Made by a program: the position numbers and the translations under genes. Shown piece after piece: positions 1 through 12,804 of a stretch of 64,000 nucleotides of DNA. Below the pieces are notes generated by a model that was given only the letters and a program-made list of their open reading frames with translations, did no database searches and had not been told where the DNA came from. The stretch comes from Hypanus sabinus. Taxonomy: Eukaryota. Within the stretch, counting starts at the first letter, position 1. Each line of letters opens with the position of its first letter. Where the stretch lies: NCBI RefSeq assembly GCF_030144855.1, contig NC_082717.1:4464001-4528000 (forward strand), in the 5' to 3' direction.

Positions 1-1496
1 AAAAAACCTGTCACATGACCTCTACTGGCGGGAAAATGACGTCACTCCACCATCACAAGACCACTATCTTAAGTCCAGTATAGCTTCAACACCACTGTCA
101 AGGTGACAAGTACAAGATATCCACAGGTACGTAACAGGAGGCAATGTTTTTGATGCCAAAGCATACCGATGAAGAAAACAATGGGTAACATGCAAGTCTG
201 GACTCTCCTTTTTCATCAATGCAGAAAAGCCAGATTTATTTCTAAGCATTGCAGGTGCCCCATCAGTGCACACAGAACCAATGACTTTGATATCTAAATA
301 ATGTTTGGCAAAGAAGTCTTTCACCAGCTGCATCACATCCTTTGCAGTTGTGTTTGTTTTCAGATCTTTACAAAACAGGAAATCTTCCTTCACAGCACCA
401 TCATTGACATACCTCACTAATGTGATGAGTTGACTACAACTGGAGACATCAGATGACTCATCCAACTGAATAGAGATTTTAAGAAGACTAGCTCTGACAT
501 CAGAGATGACTTGGTTCAAAATATCTTCACTCAAATCACTGATTTGGTTGTGAATGACATTATTTGATAGGGGCATCTGTTCAAATTTTTTTCTTACTTC
601 TTTGCCCAGGTTAATTGTTGCCATTTCCAGTGCACATGGCTTGATGAGATCTTCCGCAATTGTATGGGGCTTCTTGGATTTGGCCACTTCATATGCCACT
701 TAGTATGAAGCAAGAAGTAGTGGTTCTTCAACAGAAATGAAACTTAATTCTGGAAGAGTTCCATGTGAATCAAAACAAGCTGTTTTGATTTTCAATGACC
801 CAACATCATGTCCTTCAACATCAGCTCTGTCATGCTTGTTTTTGAAGTGCTCTTGAAGCTTGGATGGCTTCAGATTTGGGTTGGAAAACACAACGCTACA
901 AAGAATGCACTGGGGTTTTTAAAAGCCATCATTTCCTGTTGTGCAAGTGAAACCAAAGTACACAGTCATCATTCCATTTCCTTCTTTTTAGCATGATGAA
1001 GGGTTAAGGGTAAATAGAAAAATATGAGCTAATCTGAGAAAAACTATCTGACTAAGTCAGGGATGAAATTCAAAAACTTCTTTAATGCATTGAAACAAAT
1101 ATGAATGAATGACTTCAGCTGCTTTTTAACAAAATACAGCTTTTTAAAATTTTATAATTGAATAATTTTCCTACTGCCGGTTTAGTTTTAACGCAAAGTC
1201 GTTACTCAATGGTTGATTCGGAACATATAAAGATTTTGGTATTATGAGATGATTCTTAACTCTGAGGTGTAACTTCCCAGGTAACACTGATGAGAATCCT
1301 CAACACTGACTCGAGCAGTGGGAAACTGGAGTGAATTTGGGACAAACGTTACTACCACTTCACAAGGCACACTGGCAGCTGGCTGAGTGTTGACTCATGA
1401 CTCGTCACTCAAAGACACAAGCCACTCTTTGTTGCACCCCTAAAATCCCATCTTGCACCCCCTGGAGGTGCAGGCACCCCAGGTTGGGAACCCCTA
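1..1496 (-). mobile_element. Decayed hAT (Buster/Charlie, ZBED5/SCAND3-like) DNA transposon: left end plus transposase fragments
   Basis: ORFs 64..699 (KPHTIAEDLIKPC...SIQLDESSD...CTDGAPAM...HCFLHR) and 700..891 (KPSKLQEHFKNKH) are Buster-type transposase. The terminus reads TAGGGGTTCCCAACCT on the - strand (1496-1481). The flanking 8-mer GACTAGAA fits the NNNTANNN target. The ORF diverges after TLPP, so the copy is truncated or deleted. Confidence 0.85.
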
Positions 1497-1502
1497 GACT
1501 AG

Positions 1503-2105
1503 AACATAATAGAAAGGATGTAATACTGAGGCTTCACAAGGAGCACTGTTAGTAGTTTTGGGCCCCTTATCAAAGAAAGGATGTGCTAACATTGGAGAGG
1601 GATCAAAGGAGATTCAAGAAAATGAATCCGGGATTGAAAGGCTTATCATATGAAGACCATTTTATTGCTCTGGACCTCTACTCACTGAAATTCAGAGGAA
1701 TGAGGGGTGACCTCATAACCTCATTGAAACCTACTGAATGTTGAAACACCTTGATAGAATGGATGTGGAGATGTTTCCTACGGTGGGGAAGTCTAGGACA
1801 GGAGTGCACAGCCTCAGAATAGAGTAGCAATCTTTTAGAATGGATAGAAGGAGGAATTTCTTTAGCAAGAGAGTGGCGAGTCTGTGGAATTTGTTGCCAC
1901 AGATGGCTGTGTAGGCCAAAACATTGGATATATTTAAGGCAGAAGATGATAAATTCTTGAGTACTCAGTGCATGAAAGGATTGGAGGAGAAATCAGAAGA
2001 TTGGGGCAAGGAGGAAAAACGGATCAGTGATGATGAAATCGCAGAGTAGACTCAATGGGCCAAATGGCCTGATTCTATTCCTGTATCTTAAGGTTATATG
2101 GTCTC
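1503..2105 (+). mobile_element. CR1 LINE 3' fragment
   Basis: Degenerate RT C-terminal sequence and 3' UTR (ggccccttat...ttggagagggatcaaaggagattc), homologous to other CR1 3' ends in the window. Confidence 0.7.
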
Positions 2106-2164
2106 ATCCCCCTCCATTCTTAGTCCTGATGCAGGATTTCAACCTGAAATGCTGACAATTCCTT

Positions 2165-5100
2165 TCATAGAGTCACAGAAATGTAACAGAGAAACAGGCC
2201 CATCCTGTCCATGCTGAAACCATTTAAACTGCCTACTCCCATTGACCTTCACTGAGAACATAGCCCTATATTCCGCTGCCATCTATGTACCTATACAAAC
2301 TTTGCTTAAACGTTGATACTGAATTCGCATGAACAACTTTTATCGGCAGTTCATTTTACACTCTCACTACTCTCTGTGTGAAGAAGTTGCCCCTCATATT
2401 CCCTTTCAACTTTTCACCTTTCACACTTAATCTATAACTTCTGTTTGTAGGCTTACCCAATGTCATTTACTGTATCTATGCCCCTCATAATTTTGTATAC
2501 CTCTACCAAATCTCCTCTCAATATCCTATGTTCTAAGGAATAAAGTCCTAACTTATTCAGTCTTCCCTTATAACTCAGATTTTCCAGATCCAGCAACATC
2601 CTTGTATATTTTCACCATAATCTTTCAACATTATTTACATCTTTCCTGTAGGTAGGTGACCAAAACTCCAAATTAGGCCTCATCAGCATCTTGTACAACT
2701 TTAACACAACATCCATCATAGTAACATAGAAACATAGAAAACCTACAGCACAATACATGCCTATTGGCCCACAAAGCTGTGCTAAATATATGCTTACCTC
2801 ATAAATTTCCTAGGGTTACCAATAGCACTCTGTTTTTTGAAGCTCCATGTACCTATTCTCGAGTCTCTTAAAAGACCCTATCGTAACTGTCTCCACCACC
2901 GTCACCAGCAGCCCATTCCAAGCTCTCACAGATCTCTGCGTAAAAAAACTTACCTCTGACATCTCCTCTCTACATACTTCCAAGCAGCTTACAACTATGC
3001 CCCCTCATGCTAGCCATTCCAGCCCTGGGAGAAAGCCGCTGGCTATCCACATGATCAGTGCCTCTGATCATCTTATACACCCCTATCAGGTCACCTCTCA
3101 TCCTCCATCGCTCCAAGGAGAAAAGGCTGAGTTCACTCAACCTATTCTCATAAAGTGTGTTCCCTAATCCAGGCAACAATCTTGTAAATCTCCTCAACAC
3201 CCTTTCTATGGTTTCCACATCTATCCTACAGAGATGCAACCAGACCTGAGCACAGTACTCCAAGTGAGGTCTGATCAGGGCTCTATATAGCTGCAACATT
3301 ACCTCTCAGCTTTTAAACTTAATCCCATGATTGATGAAGGCCAGTGCACTGTATGCCTTCTTAAACATAGAGTCAACTTGCGCAACAGCTTTGAGTGTCC
3401 TATGGACTTGGACCCCAAGACCCCTCTGATCCTCCACACTGCCAAGAGTTTCACCATTAATCCTATATTCTGCCATCATATTTGACTTACCAAAATGAAC
3501 CACCTCATATTTATCTGGGTTGAACTCCATCTGCCACTTCTTAGCCCAGTTTTGCATTATATCAATGTCCTGCTGTAACCTTTGACAGCCCTCCACACTA
3601 TCCATAACATCTCCAACCTAGTTGTCATCAGCAAATTTACAAACCCATCCCTTCTTCATCCAGGTCATTTATAAAAATCACAAAGGGAGGGGGTCCCAGA
3701 ACAGATCCCTGAGGCACACCACTGGTCACCGACCTCCATGCAGAATATGACCCTTCTACGACCACTCTTTGCCTTCTGTGGGAAAATCAGTTTTGGATCC
3801 ACAAAGCAATGTCTCCTTGTATCCCATGCCTCCTTACTTTCTCAATAAACCCTGCATGAGGTACCTTATCAAATGCCTTGCTAAAATCCATATACACTAC
3901 ATCTACTGCTCTACCTTCATCAATGTGTTTAGTCACTTGCTCAAAAAAAATTCAGTCAGGCTCATAACGCATGACCTGCCATGACCTATTCCTAATCATA
4001 TTATGCCTCTCCAAATATTCATAAATCCTGATTCTCAGGACCTTTACCATCAACTTAGCAACGACTGAAGTAAGACTCTTTAATTTTCTGTGCTCTGTCT
4101 ATGCCTTTTCTTGAATAAGGGAACAATATCTGCAACCCTCCAGTCCTCCAGAACCTCTCCCATCCCCATTGATGATGCAAAGATCATCACCAGAGGCTCA
4201 GCAATCTCCTCCCTTGCCTCCCATAGTAGCGTGGGGTACATCTCATCAGATCCCAGTGACTTATCCAACTCGAGGTTTTCCAAAAGCTCCAGCACGTCCT
4301 CTTCCTTAATATCTGCATGCTCAAGCTTTTCAGACCACGGTAAATCATCCCTACAATCACCAAATACTTTTCCATAGTGAATACTGAAGCAAAGTATTCA
4401 TTAAGTACCTCTGCTCTCTCCTCCAGTTCCATACACACTTTTCCACTGTCACACTTGACTGGTCCTATTCTCTCACATCTTATCCTCTTGCTCTTCACAT
4501 ACTTGTAGAATGCCTTGGGGTCCTAAAACCCTGTCCACCAAGGCCTCCTCATTGCCTCTTCTGGCTGTCCTAATTTCCTTCTTAAGCTCTTTCCTGCTGG
4601 CCTTATAATCTTCTAGATCCATATCATTAACTAGTTTTTTGAACCTTTAATAAGCTCTTCTTCTCTTCTTGACTAGATTTAACAACAAATTTTCTACACT
4701 ATGGTTCCTGTACCCTACGATCCTTCCCCGTCTCATTGGAACATACCTATGCAGAACCCCATGCAAATATCCCTGAACATTTGCAACCTTTCTTCCATAC
4801 ATTTCCCTGAGAACACTTGTTTTCAATTTATGCTTCCAAGTTCCTGCCTGATAGCCTCATATTTCCCTGCACTCCAATTAAACACTTTCCTAACGTGTTT
4901 GTTCCTATCACTCTCCAATGCTATGGTAAAGGAGATCACTATCTTCACAATGCTCTCCCATTGAGAGACCTGATACCTGACGAGGTTCATTTCCCAAAAC
5001 CAGATAAAATACAGTCTCTCCTCTTGTAGGCGTATCTTCTGTACTTGATACTTTGATTTATGTGGCCAATGTTGCAAAAGCTTTCTTTATGACCCTATCT

Positions 5101-5720
5101 ACCTGTGACACTAATTTCAATTAATTATGCACCTGTATTCACAGAACCCTTTGTTCTATCACATTCCTCAGTGCCCTACCATTCAATGTGTAACACTTAC
5201 CATGGTTGGTTCTACCACACTAGGCTTCTACTCTTGTGTACAGGTCCCACCTTTCCTGGAAGAGAGCCCAATGATCCAAAAGTCTTATGCAGTCTTTCCT
5301 ATACCAAGCCATGTGTTAAACAGTATAATCTTCCTAGTTCTGACCTCACTAGTACGTGGAATTGGCAGCAATCCCGAGATCATAACCCTGGAGGCCCTAC
5401 CCTTTAACATATTACGTAACTCCTTGAACTGACTTTGCAGAATTTCGTCACTCTTTCTGCCTATGTAAATTGTATCTACATAGACCATGAATTGTGACTC
5501 TTCACCCTCACTTAACAATGCTGAGGACTTGACCCAAGATGTCCCAGACCCCAGCACTTGGGAGGCAATATCATCCAGGAATCTTGTTCTCATCCACTGA
5601 ACCTCCTGTCTGTTCCCCTAACTAATGAATCACCTTTTCTCCCTTCCCTTCTGAATTGTAGAGTCAGATTCAGTACCAGAGAACTAATTGTTGTGACTTT
5701 CCTTTGCTAGGTCAGAGTGG
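2165..5720 (-). mobile_element. Cluster of decayed CR1 LINE copies (RT, endonuclease-RT linker and ORF1 esterase fragments)
   Basis: ORFs 2970..3299 (LIRPHLEYCAQVW), 3306..3605, 4080..4498 and 4823..5077. ORF 5285..5593 (ISGLLPIPR) is an ORF1 SGNH fragment. The CR1 3' tail gaaacatagaaaacctacagcacaat is at about 2728. Confidence 0.85.
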
Positions 5721-5824
5721 TCAGGTCTCTGATACTTTCTCTCACAGATACTGCTCATTATACTGAGTTCTTTAGCCAATTGTTTATTGTCCTCAGCTTG
5801 ACCTCAGATTTCACACCTCTTCTC

Positions 5825-6144
5825 AGATAAAACCACTCTCAAAATGGCTTCTCTGATGGAGACTGCCACCTTTTCTTCCCTCTAAAACAAGTTTTGAACT
5901 CTGCTTGGTTCTTCCCTCTGTGGCTGAGGCAGCTGGCTATTAAAACAATCTTTCCAGGAAGCAAGCCACTCAGCTTGTGAAGTCTTATACCACAGGAAAG
6001 GGGAGTCAGAGGCACTATGCTCTCTGCTTCTTGTTTCTGTGTAGAAAATTACTGCTGCAAGAAAGACATCCAGAGAGTAGAGCACCTTGTCACAATAAGT
6101 TTTCTGCACATCCTGTAAACTGGGGATAACACGACCCTGCTGAG
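5825..6144 (+). promoter_or_regulatory. Putative promoter/5' region of the VJ-VJ receptor gene
   Basis: Non-repeat island directly upstream of the leader ATG. It contains AGATAA (5825-30), E-box CAGCTG (5930-35), GAS TTCCAGGAA (5952-60) overlapping ETS CAGGAAG, and RUNX ACCACA (5989-94) abutting GGAA. Short motifs can occur by chance. Confidence 0.4.
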
Positions 6145-6196
6145 ATGAGCAACAGAAGCCTTCCTGCAGTGACCCTTTTCCTGTGTGTTTCTGTCG
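6145..6196 (+). CDS. VJ-VJ-TM-ITAM receptor exon 1: signal peptide MSNRSLPAVTLFLCVSV(G)
   Basis: ATG, then 17 codons with a hydrophobic core, then G|gtaagt (consensus phase-1 donor). It joins the V1 exon in frame to give ...CVSVGVNA/GTVLIQSP. It is the only leader-like exon I found upstream of V1. Confidence 0.75.
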
Positions 6197-6244
6197 GTAA
6201 GTTACAGTGTGTTTCTGTCCATGTGGACCTTTATGTTTCTGTGG

Positions 6245-6715
6245 GTAACATACCAAATCTTCTCAAACTCCTCAATGAAGGATTTTGCCCCAAAATGTTG
6301 ACTGTTTATTCTTCTCCATAGATACTGCCTGGCTGCTGAAGTCCTCCAGCATTTTGTGTGTGTTGCTTGGACATCCAGTATCTGCAGATTCTTTTGTCTG
6401 AATGAAATATAGCTGCTGTTTTGCCTTTTTTTTTGTAACTGTATTGATATATTGTGTCCAGCTTAGATCCTCAGAGATATTGACATCAAAGAACATAAAA
6501 TTTTGCACTCTTTTCACTTCTGATCCCTTATAAGGACTGGTGTGTGTTCCCTTATCTTACCCTTTCTGGAGTCCACAACCAGGTCTTTGGTCGTACTAAT
6601 GTTGAGTGCAAGGTTATTGCTTCAACACCACTCAACTAGCTGATGTATCTCACCCCTGCATGCCCTTTCATTGCTGTCTGAAATTCTGCCAACAATAGTC
6701 GTATCATCAGCAAAC
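6245..6715 (-). mobile_element. Rex1/Babar-like LINE RT 3' fragment, interrupted by a short dispersed repeat (about 6283-6400)
   Basis: ORF 6272..6517, DVNISEDLSWTQYINTVTKKKAKQQLYF, matches the RT C-terminal motif also seen at 25.3k, 51.0k and 57.4k. Confidence 0.6.
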
Positions 6716-7314
6716 AGAGGTGGCATCAGTGCCATTCGTGGTGTTGCGTTTCACTTTGATACAAGTGTAAACACTGCCAGAGTTGAAGTGCACTCAATTT
6801 TGCTTCGAGTCTCATTCAGAATTGTTCTTTAGCTCTAGAAATAGCCCTCCACAAGTCGTACCTGGCTTTGTTGTGCAGACATGTATACCACCGATCTAGC
6901 CCTGAGCAAACTATGAACCTCCTGGTTCATCCACTCATCCAGATAGGTTTAAATGAGGTCAGTAACCACTGTAATGTACACATTCAGACTCAATGATGAA
7001 TTCCAGAATACAATCCAGTCCATCAATCCAAAGCAGTTTGAATGCCCTCCTGTGCCTCCTTTATCCATACCTTCCTGGTCTTCACTACTGGTGCTGCAGT
7101 CTTCAGTCTCCGTTTATACTCAGGGAGTAGAAGTACAGTCAGGTGATCAGACTTTATGAAGTCTGGGCATAGGATAGCACAGTAAGGGCTCTTGATGGTG
7201 ATATAACTATGGTCTAGTGTGCTGCTTCCACCTGCACTGCAAGTGATTTGTCAGTAACAATTAATTACAGACCAACTACTTCCCTCCAACTCTAATCAGA
7301 ACAGTTTAGACAAT

Positions 7315-7830
7315 CTTGTCACCCCACCCCAGAAAAGCTGTTGATGATATAGAGAGAGTGCAGAGGAGATTTACAGGGATGTTGCCTGGATTGGAGAGCA
7401 TGCCTTATGAGAACAGGTTGAGTGACCTTGGCCTTTTCTCCTTGGAGCAACGGAGGTTGAGTGGTGATCTGATGGAGGTGCATAAGATGATGACAGGCAT
7501 TGATCATGTGGGTAACTAGAGGCTTTTCCCAAGCAGAAATGGTTAACACGAAGGGGCACAGTATTAAGGTGTTTGGAAGAAGGTACAGAGGGGATGCCAG
7601 AAATAAGTTTTCCACACAGAGAGTGATAGGTGCATGGAATGCACTGCTGGTGATGGTGGTGTGGGCAGATACAATAGGTTTGTTTTAAGAGACTCTTAGC
7701 TAGGTACATGGAGCTTAAAAATAGAGGGCAACATGGTAGGGAAATTCTAGGCGGTTTCTAGAGTAGGTAACATGGTTGACACAACATTGTGGGATGAAGG
7801 GCCTGTGATGTGCTGTAAATTTCTATGTTC
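7315..7830 (+). mobile_element. CR1 LINE 3' fragment
   Basis: ORF 7316..7519 ([24 protein letters not shown]); the 3' tail ends in ttctatgttcta. Confidence 0.8.
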
Positions 7831-8714
7831 TAATTGTGTGACTACTTTGTCCACCTCTCACTGAAATGGACTGGTTTAGTTATAATTGTGTTTTCTTGTA
7901 AAAACTGTGTATTTATGTTTGTGTTTCTTGTGAATGCTGTTTATCTGATGCTCTATACCTGAGATGCTGCTACAAATAATTTGTCATTGCCCCTGTGTAC
8001 ACATGGACTGTGTGTTTGATAAATTTGATGCTGACTTCATAAATTGGTGATTTTGTGCTGGGTATACCGAGCACAATTACAGAGTGTTAGGCAATGCCAT
8101 GGGCCACCAGGCTCAAGGGCTATTGTGGGTCAGTTGAATTCACTGCTTGTTTGGTGGGATGGACTGTTTTCCTCGCCATGACCATGCACTTTGTTACCTG
8201 CCTGCACTGCCCGTTCTCTGTCACTCTGACTCTGTGTTCTCCATTGTGTCATTGCTTTTCCCTCACACGACCTCGAGGTTCTGATGTGGTGCAATGATCT
8301 GTACGGGCGGCATACACAACATGGATTTTCACTCTACCTTGTCATGTGACAATAGGGAATTGTGAATAAAAAGTCTGGCAACTTTGGAAAGATGCTGTGT
8401 CCACAATATCCTCCAAATTCATTCAAAGGAGAGGCAAGTTCCTCTTGTAGAGTAACAGCTACACCCCTGGACAATTGAGAAAACCGATGTCGGGCTGTTG
8501 TTTATTTATTACAGCTTAGTGTTCAACAACATCAAGCTCCAAAACCTGGGTCTTTGTTCATCCATCTGCAACTGAGTATTGGACATCCTCACCAGGAGAC
8601 CACAATCATGTGGATCAGAAATAACATTCTCTCTTCCCTGACAATCCACTGCAGGGATATGTGCTTAGCAAACTACTCTAGCACGTTACCAACAGCACAT
8701 AGCACATTGCACAT

Positions 8715-10015
8715 ATAGGTATGATAACATAGAAAATAGAAACATTGAAAACCTACAGCACAACACAGGCCCTTTGGCCCACAAAGCTGTGCCAAACATG
8801 TCCTTATCTTATAAATTACCTAGGGTTACCCATAGCCCTCTATTTTTCTAAGCTCCATGTACCTATCCAGGGGTCTCTTAAAAGACCCTATCATTTCTGC
8901 CTCCACCACAGTCACTGGCAGCCCATTCCATGCGCTCACCGCTCTCCTGCATAAAAAACTTACCTCTGATATCTCCTCTTAATCTACTTCCGAGTACCTT
9001 AAGACTGTGCCCTCTTTGTGTGTGAGAGGTCATCACTGAAATAAACTATGTCACACTTATCTGGGTCGAACTCCATCTGCCACTTCTCAGCCCATTTTGC
9101 ATCCTATCAATGTCCCACTGTAACAGCTGACAGCCCTCCACACTATCCACAACACCTCCAACCTTTGTGTCATCAGCAAATTTACTAACCCATCCCTCCA
9201 CTTCCTCATCCAGGTCATTTATAAAAATCACGAAGAGTAAGGGTCCCAGAACAGATCCCTGAGGCATTTCACTGGTGACCCTACTTGTTTCCCTTACCTT
9301 ACACAATTCAATATCCTTCTCCTTAATGAATAACAAAGAAAAGAATTTGTTCAAAATCTCCCCCATCTCTTTTGGCTCCACACATAGTTGTCCACTCTGC
9401 TTCTCTAAGGGACCAATTTTATCCCACACTATCCTTTTGCAATTAATATAACTGTAGAAACCCTTTGGATTTATTTTCACCTTACTTGCCAAAGCAACCT
9501 CATTTTTTTTAGCTTTTCTAATTTCTTTCTTAAGATTCTTTTTACATTCCTTATATTCCTCGAGTGCCTCATTTACTCCATGCTGCCTTTATTTATTGTA
9601 GATCTCTTTCTTTTTCCGAACCAAGTTTCCAATATCCCTTGAAAACCATGGCTCTCTCAAACTTCTAACCTTTCCAAAGGACATAAGGACAAGAACATAA
9701 AGATTCTGTACCCTCAAAGATTCACTTTTAAATGACCTCCATTTCCCTATTACATCCTTCCCATAAAACAAATTGTCCCAATCCACTCGTTCTAAATCCT
9801 TTCACATCTCCTCAAAGTTAACCTTTCTCCAATCAGAAATCTCAACCCTGGGTCCAGACCTATCCTTCTCCATAATTATATTAAAACTAATGTCATAGTG
9901 ATCACTGGACCCAAAGTGCTCCCCAACACATACCTCCGCCACCTGACCTACCTCATTCCCTAACAGGAGATCCAACACTGTCCCTTCTCTAGTTGGTACC
10001 TCTATGTATTGCTGC
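8715..10015 (-). mobile_element. CR1 LINE with an in-frame internal deletion
   Basis: ORF 9046..9492 fuses the linker (KEKDIELCKVRETS) directly to RT motif [11 protein letters not shown]...FADD. Endonuclease fragments at 9589..10017. Confidence 0.8.
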
Positions 10016-10019
10016 AAAA

Positions 10020-12200
10020 AAGTGAAACACTGGAGATAATCGATCAGAGTTACAGGAAGGGGGTCGCCCTGAGGTGGCAGAAAGCAGCTGAAGGGTGAAA
10101 GTCAGGAGAGGGAATGGAAATGCCAGCTGGTACATAGTACCCTTGTGGTCATGCCCCTCAATAACAAGTATGCTCGTTTTGTACAATGTTGCCAGAACTT
10201 TGAGTATGTAAGTGTTAATGCCATTATTTGGAAGAAGGTGTCTGAGAAGCTGAAATGTTTGAAGGTAGTTAAGTCAGCTCAACCAGTTGGACTGCTCCAC
10301 AGGGTTGTTAAAGAGGAGGCTGAAGAGATTGTGGAGATGTTAGCAACGATAGTTCGGGCATCACTAGATTTTTGTCTGAAGGAAGGGAAAATTGTAAATT
10401 TCACTCCACTCTTCTGGAAGAGAGAGAGGCAGAAGAATGGAAATTGTAGTCCAACTGGTCTGACCTCAGTGGTTGGAAAGATTTTGGAGTAGAATGGTGA
10501 GTATGGGGTTTCAGGGTACTTGGAGACGTGAGAAAAAGGCCAAAGTCAGAAGTGTTACATAGAAACATAGAAAAACTGCAGCACAATACAGGCCCTTCCA
10601 CTCACAAAGCTGTGCTGAACATGTCCTAACCTTAGAACTACCTACGGCTGCTCATAGCTCTCTATATTTCTAAGCTCCATGTACCTGTCCAGGAGTCGCT
10701 TAATAAACCCTATCTTTCTCACCTCCACCAATGTAGCCAGCAGCCCATTCCACGCACTCACTAGTCTCTGCGGTAAAAACTTACCCCTGACATCTTCTCT
10801 GTACCTGCTTCCAAGCACCTTAAAACTATGCCCTCTCATGCTAGCCATTTCAACCCTGGGAAAAAGCCTCTGACTATCCACACAATCACTGCCTCTCATT
10901 ATCTTGTACACTTCTATTAGGTCATCTCTCATCCTCCATTTGTTCCTTTGTGTAAGATGGTGGTATTCCGGGAGACCTCCAGCTTCTCGGATAACCACAT
11001 CTGCACCAGATACACTGAGCTGCTTCTCCTCAAAGATTGTGTTAAAGAACTGGATCTGCAACTCAATGACCTTTGTCTCATAAGTGAAACAGAGACAAAG
11101 AGGTCAAATCATGATTTACTTGAGAGTTATCATGCCTGACAAATCTGCTGGAATTCTTTGAAGAAATAACAAGCAGAATAGACCAAGAAGAATAAGTGAA
11201 TATTGCACTTGGATTTTCAGAATGTCTCAGACAAGGTTGCTAAAAAAAAAAGTGCCCAGGGTATTACAGGAAAGATATTAGTATGGATAGAGCATTGGTT
11301 GATTGGCTGAAGGCAAAGAGTGGGAACCTTTTTGAATTGGTTGCTGGTGACCTGTTGTGTTCCACAGGGGTCTATGATGAGACCCTTCTTTTTTATGTTG
11401 TATGTTAATGATTTAGATAATGAAAATTGATGGCATTTTAGCCAGGGTTGCAAATGATATAAAGGAAGGCAGAGGGGCAGGTAGAGTTGAGGAAGTAGGG
11501 AGACTGCAGAATGACTTAGACAGAGCAGAAGAATGGGCAAAAAGGTGGCAGATGGAGTACAGAAAGAATAATTCTGGTGTTGAAAAGGTTATCAACTGAG
11601 CAGTGAGTGAACACTCTGGACATGGAATTCAGAAGATTGAGGGTGAAACTCACTGAAACCTATCGAATGCTGAAGGCCTAGATAGAATGGCTGTGAGGAG
11701 GATGCTTCCTTTGATAGAGGAGCCTATAACAATTACAGCACAGAAACTGGCCATCTCGGCCCTTCTAGACTGTGCCAAACACTTACTTTCAGCTAGTCCC
11801 ACCTACCTGCACAGCCCAATACAACCATATTGCACTTGGATTTTCAGAATGTCTTAGACAAGGTTGCTAAAAAAAAACTTATATAATATAATATAATATA
11901 TAACCGTATATGACCTGGGGTATGGCCTGAAAATAGAGAGATGTCCATTTAGAACAGAGATGGGGAGGAATTTCTTTAGCCAGTGGGTGGTGAGTCTGCG
12001 GAATTCATTTCCACCGCTGTGAAGGCTGGATCACTCAGTGTATTTATGACAGAGGTTGATAGGTTCTTGACTGGTCAGGGCATGGAGGGATATGGGCAGA
12101 AGTCAGGAGAATGAGGCTGAGAGGACAATGGAATATCATCATGTAAGGTCAGATCACACATAATGGCCTGAATGGTCCAATTCTGCTCATATGTCTTATG
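10020..12200. mobile_element. Mixed-orientation old CR1 fragments
   Basis: ORF 10145..10492 on + (IVNFTPLF...LTSVVGKILE), ORF 10642..11061 on - (RT 3' end), and RT fragments on + at 11200-12200. Confidence 0.7.
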
Positions 12201-12380
12201 GCCTTATAGTTTATACAGGAAAAGGTGCAGAAGTGATTATCAAAGACATTTATGGGCTCATACAGAGGGCTTGAATTAGAAAGAGAATCAAGATACACTG
12301 GGGTATTTATCCCTGGAGTTAAAAAGTCTGAGCTGTGACCTTAGAGGAACTTGGGAACTTGATCGTCGCTTTTTGCTGTT

Positions 12381-12421
12381 TGTTACGTACCCCGTAACAG
12401 GTCTATTCATCACTCATAACA
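12381..12421 (-). mobile_element. 41-bp ends-only remnant of the LTR found at 30443-31371
   Basis: tgttacgtaccccgtaac|aggtctattcatcactcataaca equals the first 18 and last 23 nt of the solo LTR, with one mismatch in each part. Confidence 0.75.
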
Positions 12422-12804
12422 CATGTTGTGTTTGATGTTTTCTCGAGTGGGTTCCATGGTGTTTCACTGTTTTGTGACTGCCTGCAGCAGGAGAAATCCC
12501 AGAGTTGTATTCTGTATACACACTTTGATAATAAATGTACTTTGAATCTTTGATATGGTGGGTGGTCCTTTTCTCAGAGAAGGGGAGTCTAAATGAAAGG
12601 GTGTAGGTTTAAGATGAGGGTGGAAGATTGAACAGGGACCAGAGGACCATGTTTTCTATTGAGAGGGTGGTAATTATTTGGAACAGGCTGCCAGAGGAAG
12701 AAGTAGAGGGGGTACAATTACAACATTTAAAACATACGACAACAACAACATGGTCAGTAGACTTTAGAGGGATTATGGGTTTAATGCAGGAAAATAGGAC
12801 CATT

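Noticed and set aside
64-699. Domesticated ZBED5/SCAND3-like gene
   Set aside because: The ORF is split and truncated and still carries a transposon TIR, so it is a decayed transposon copy.
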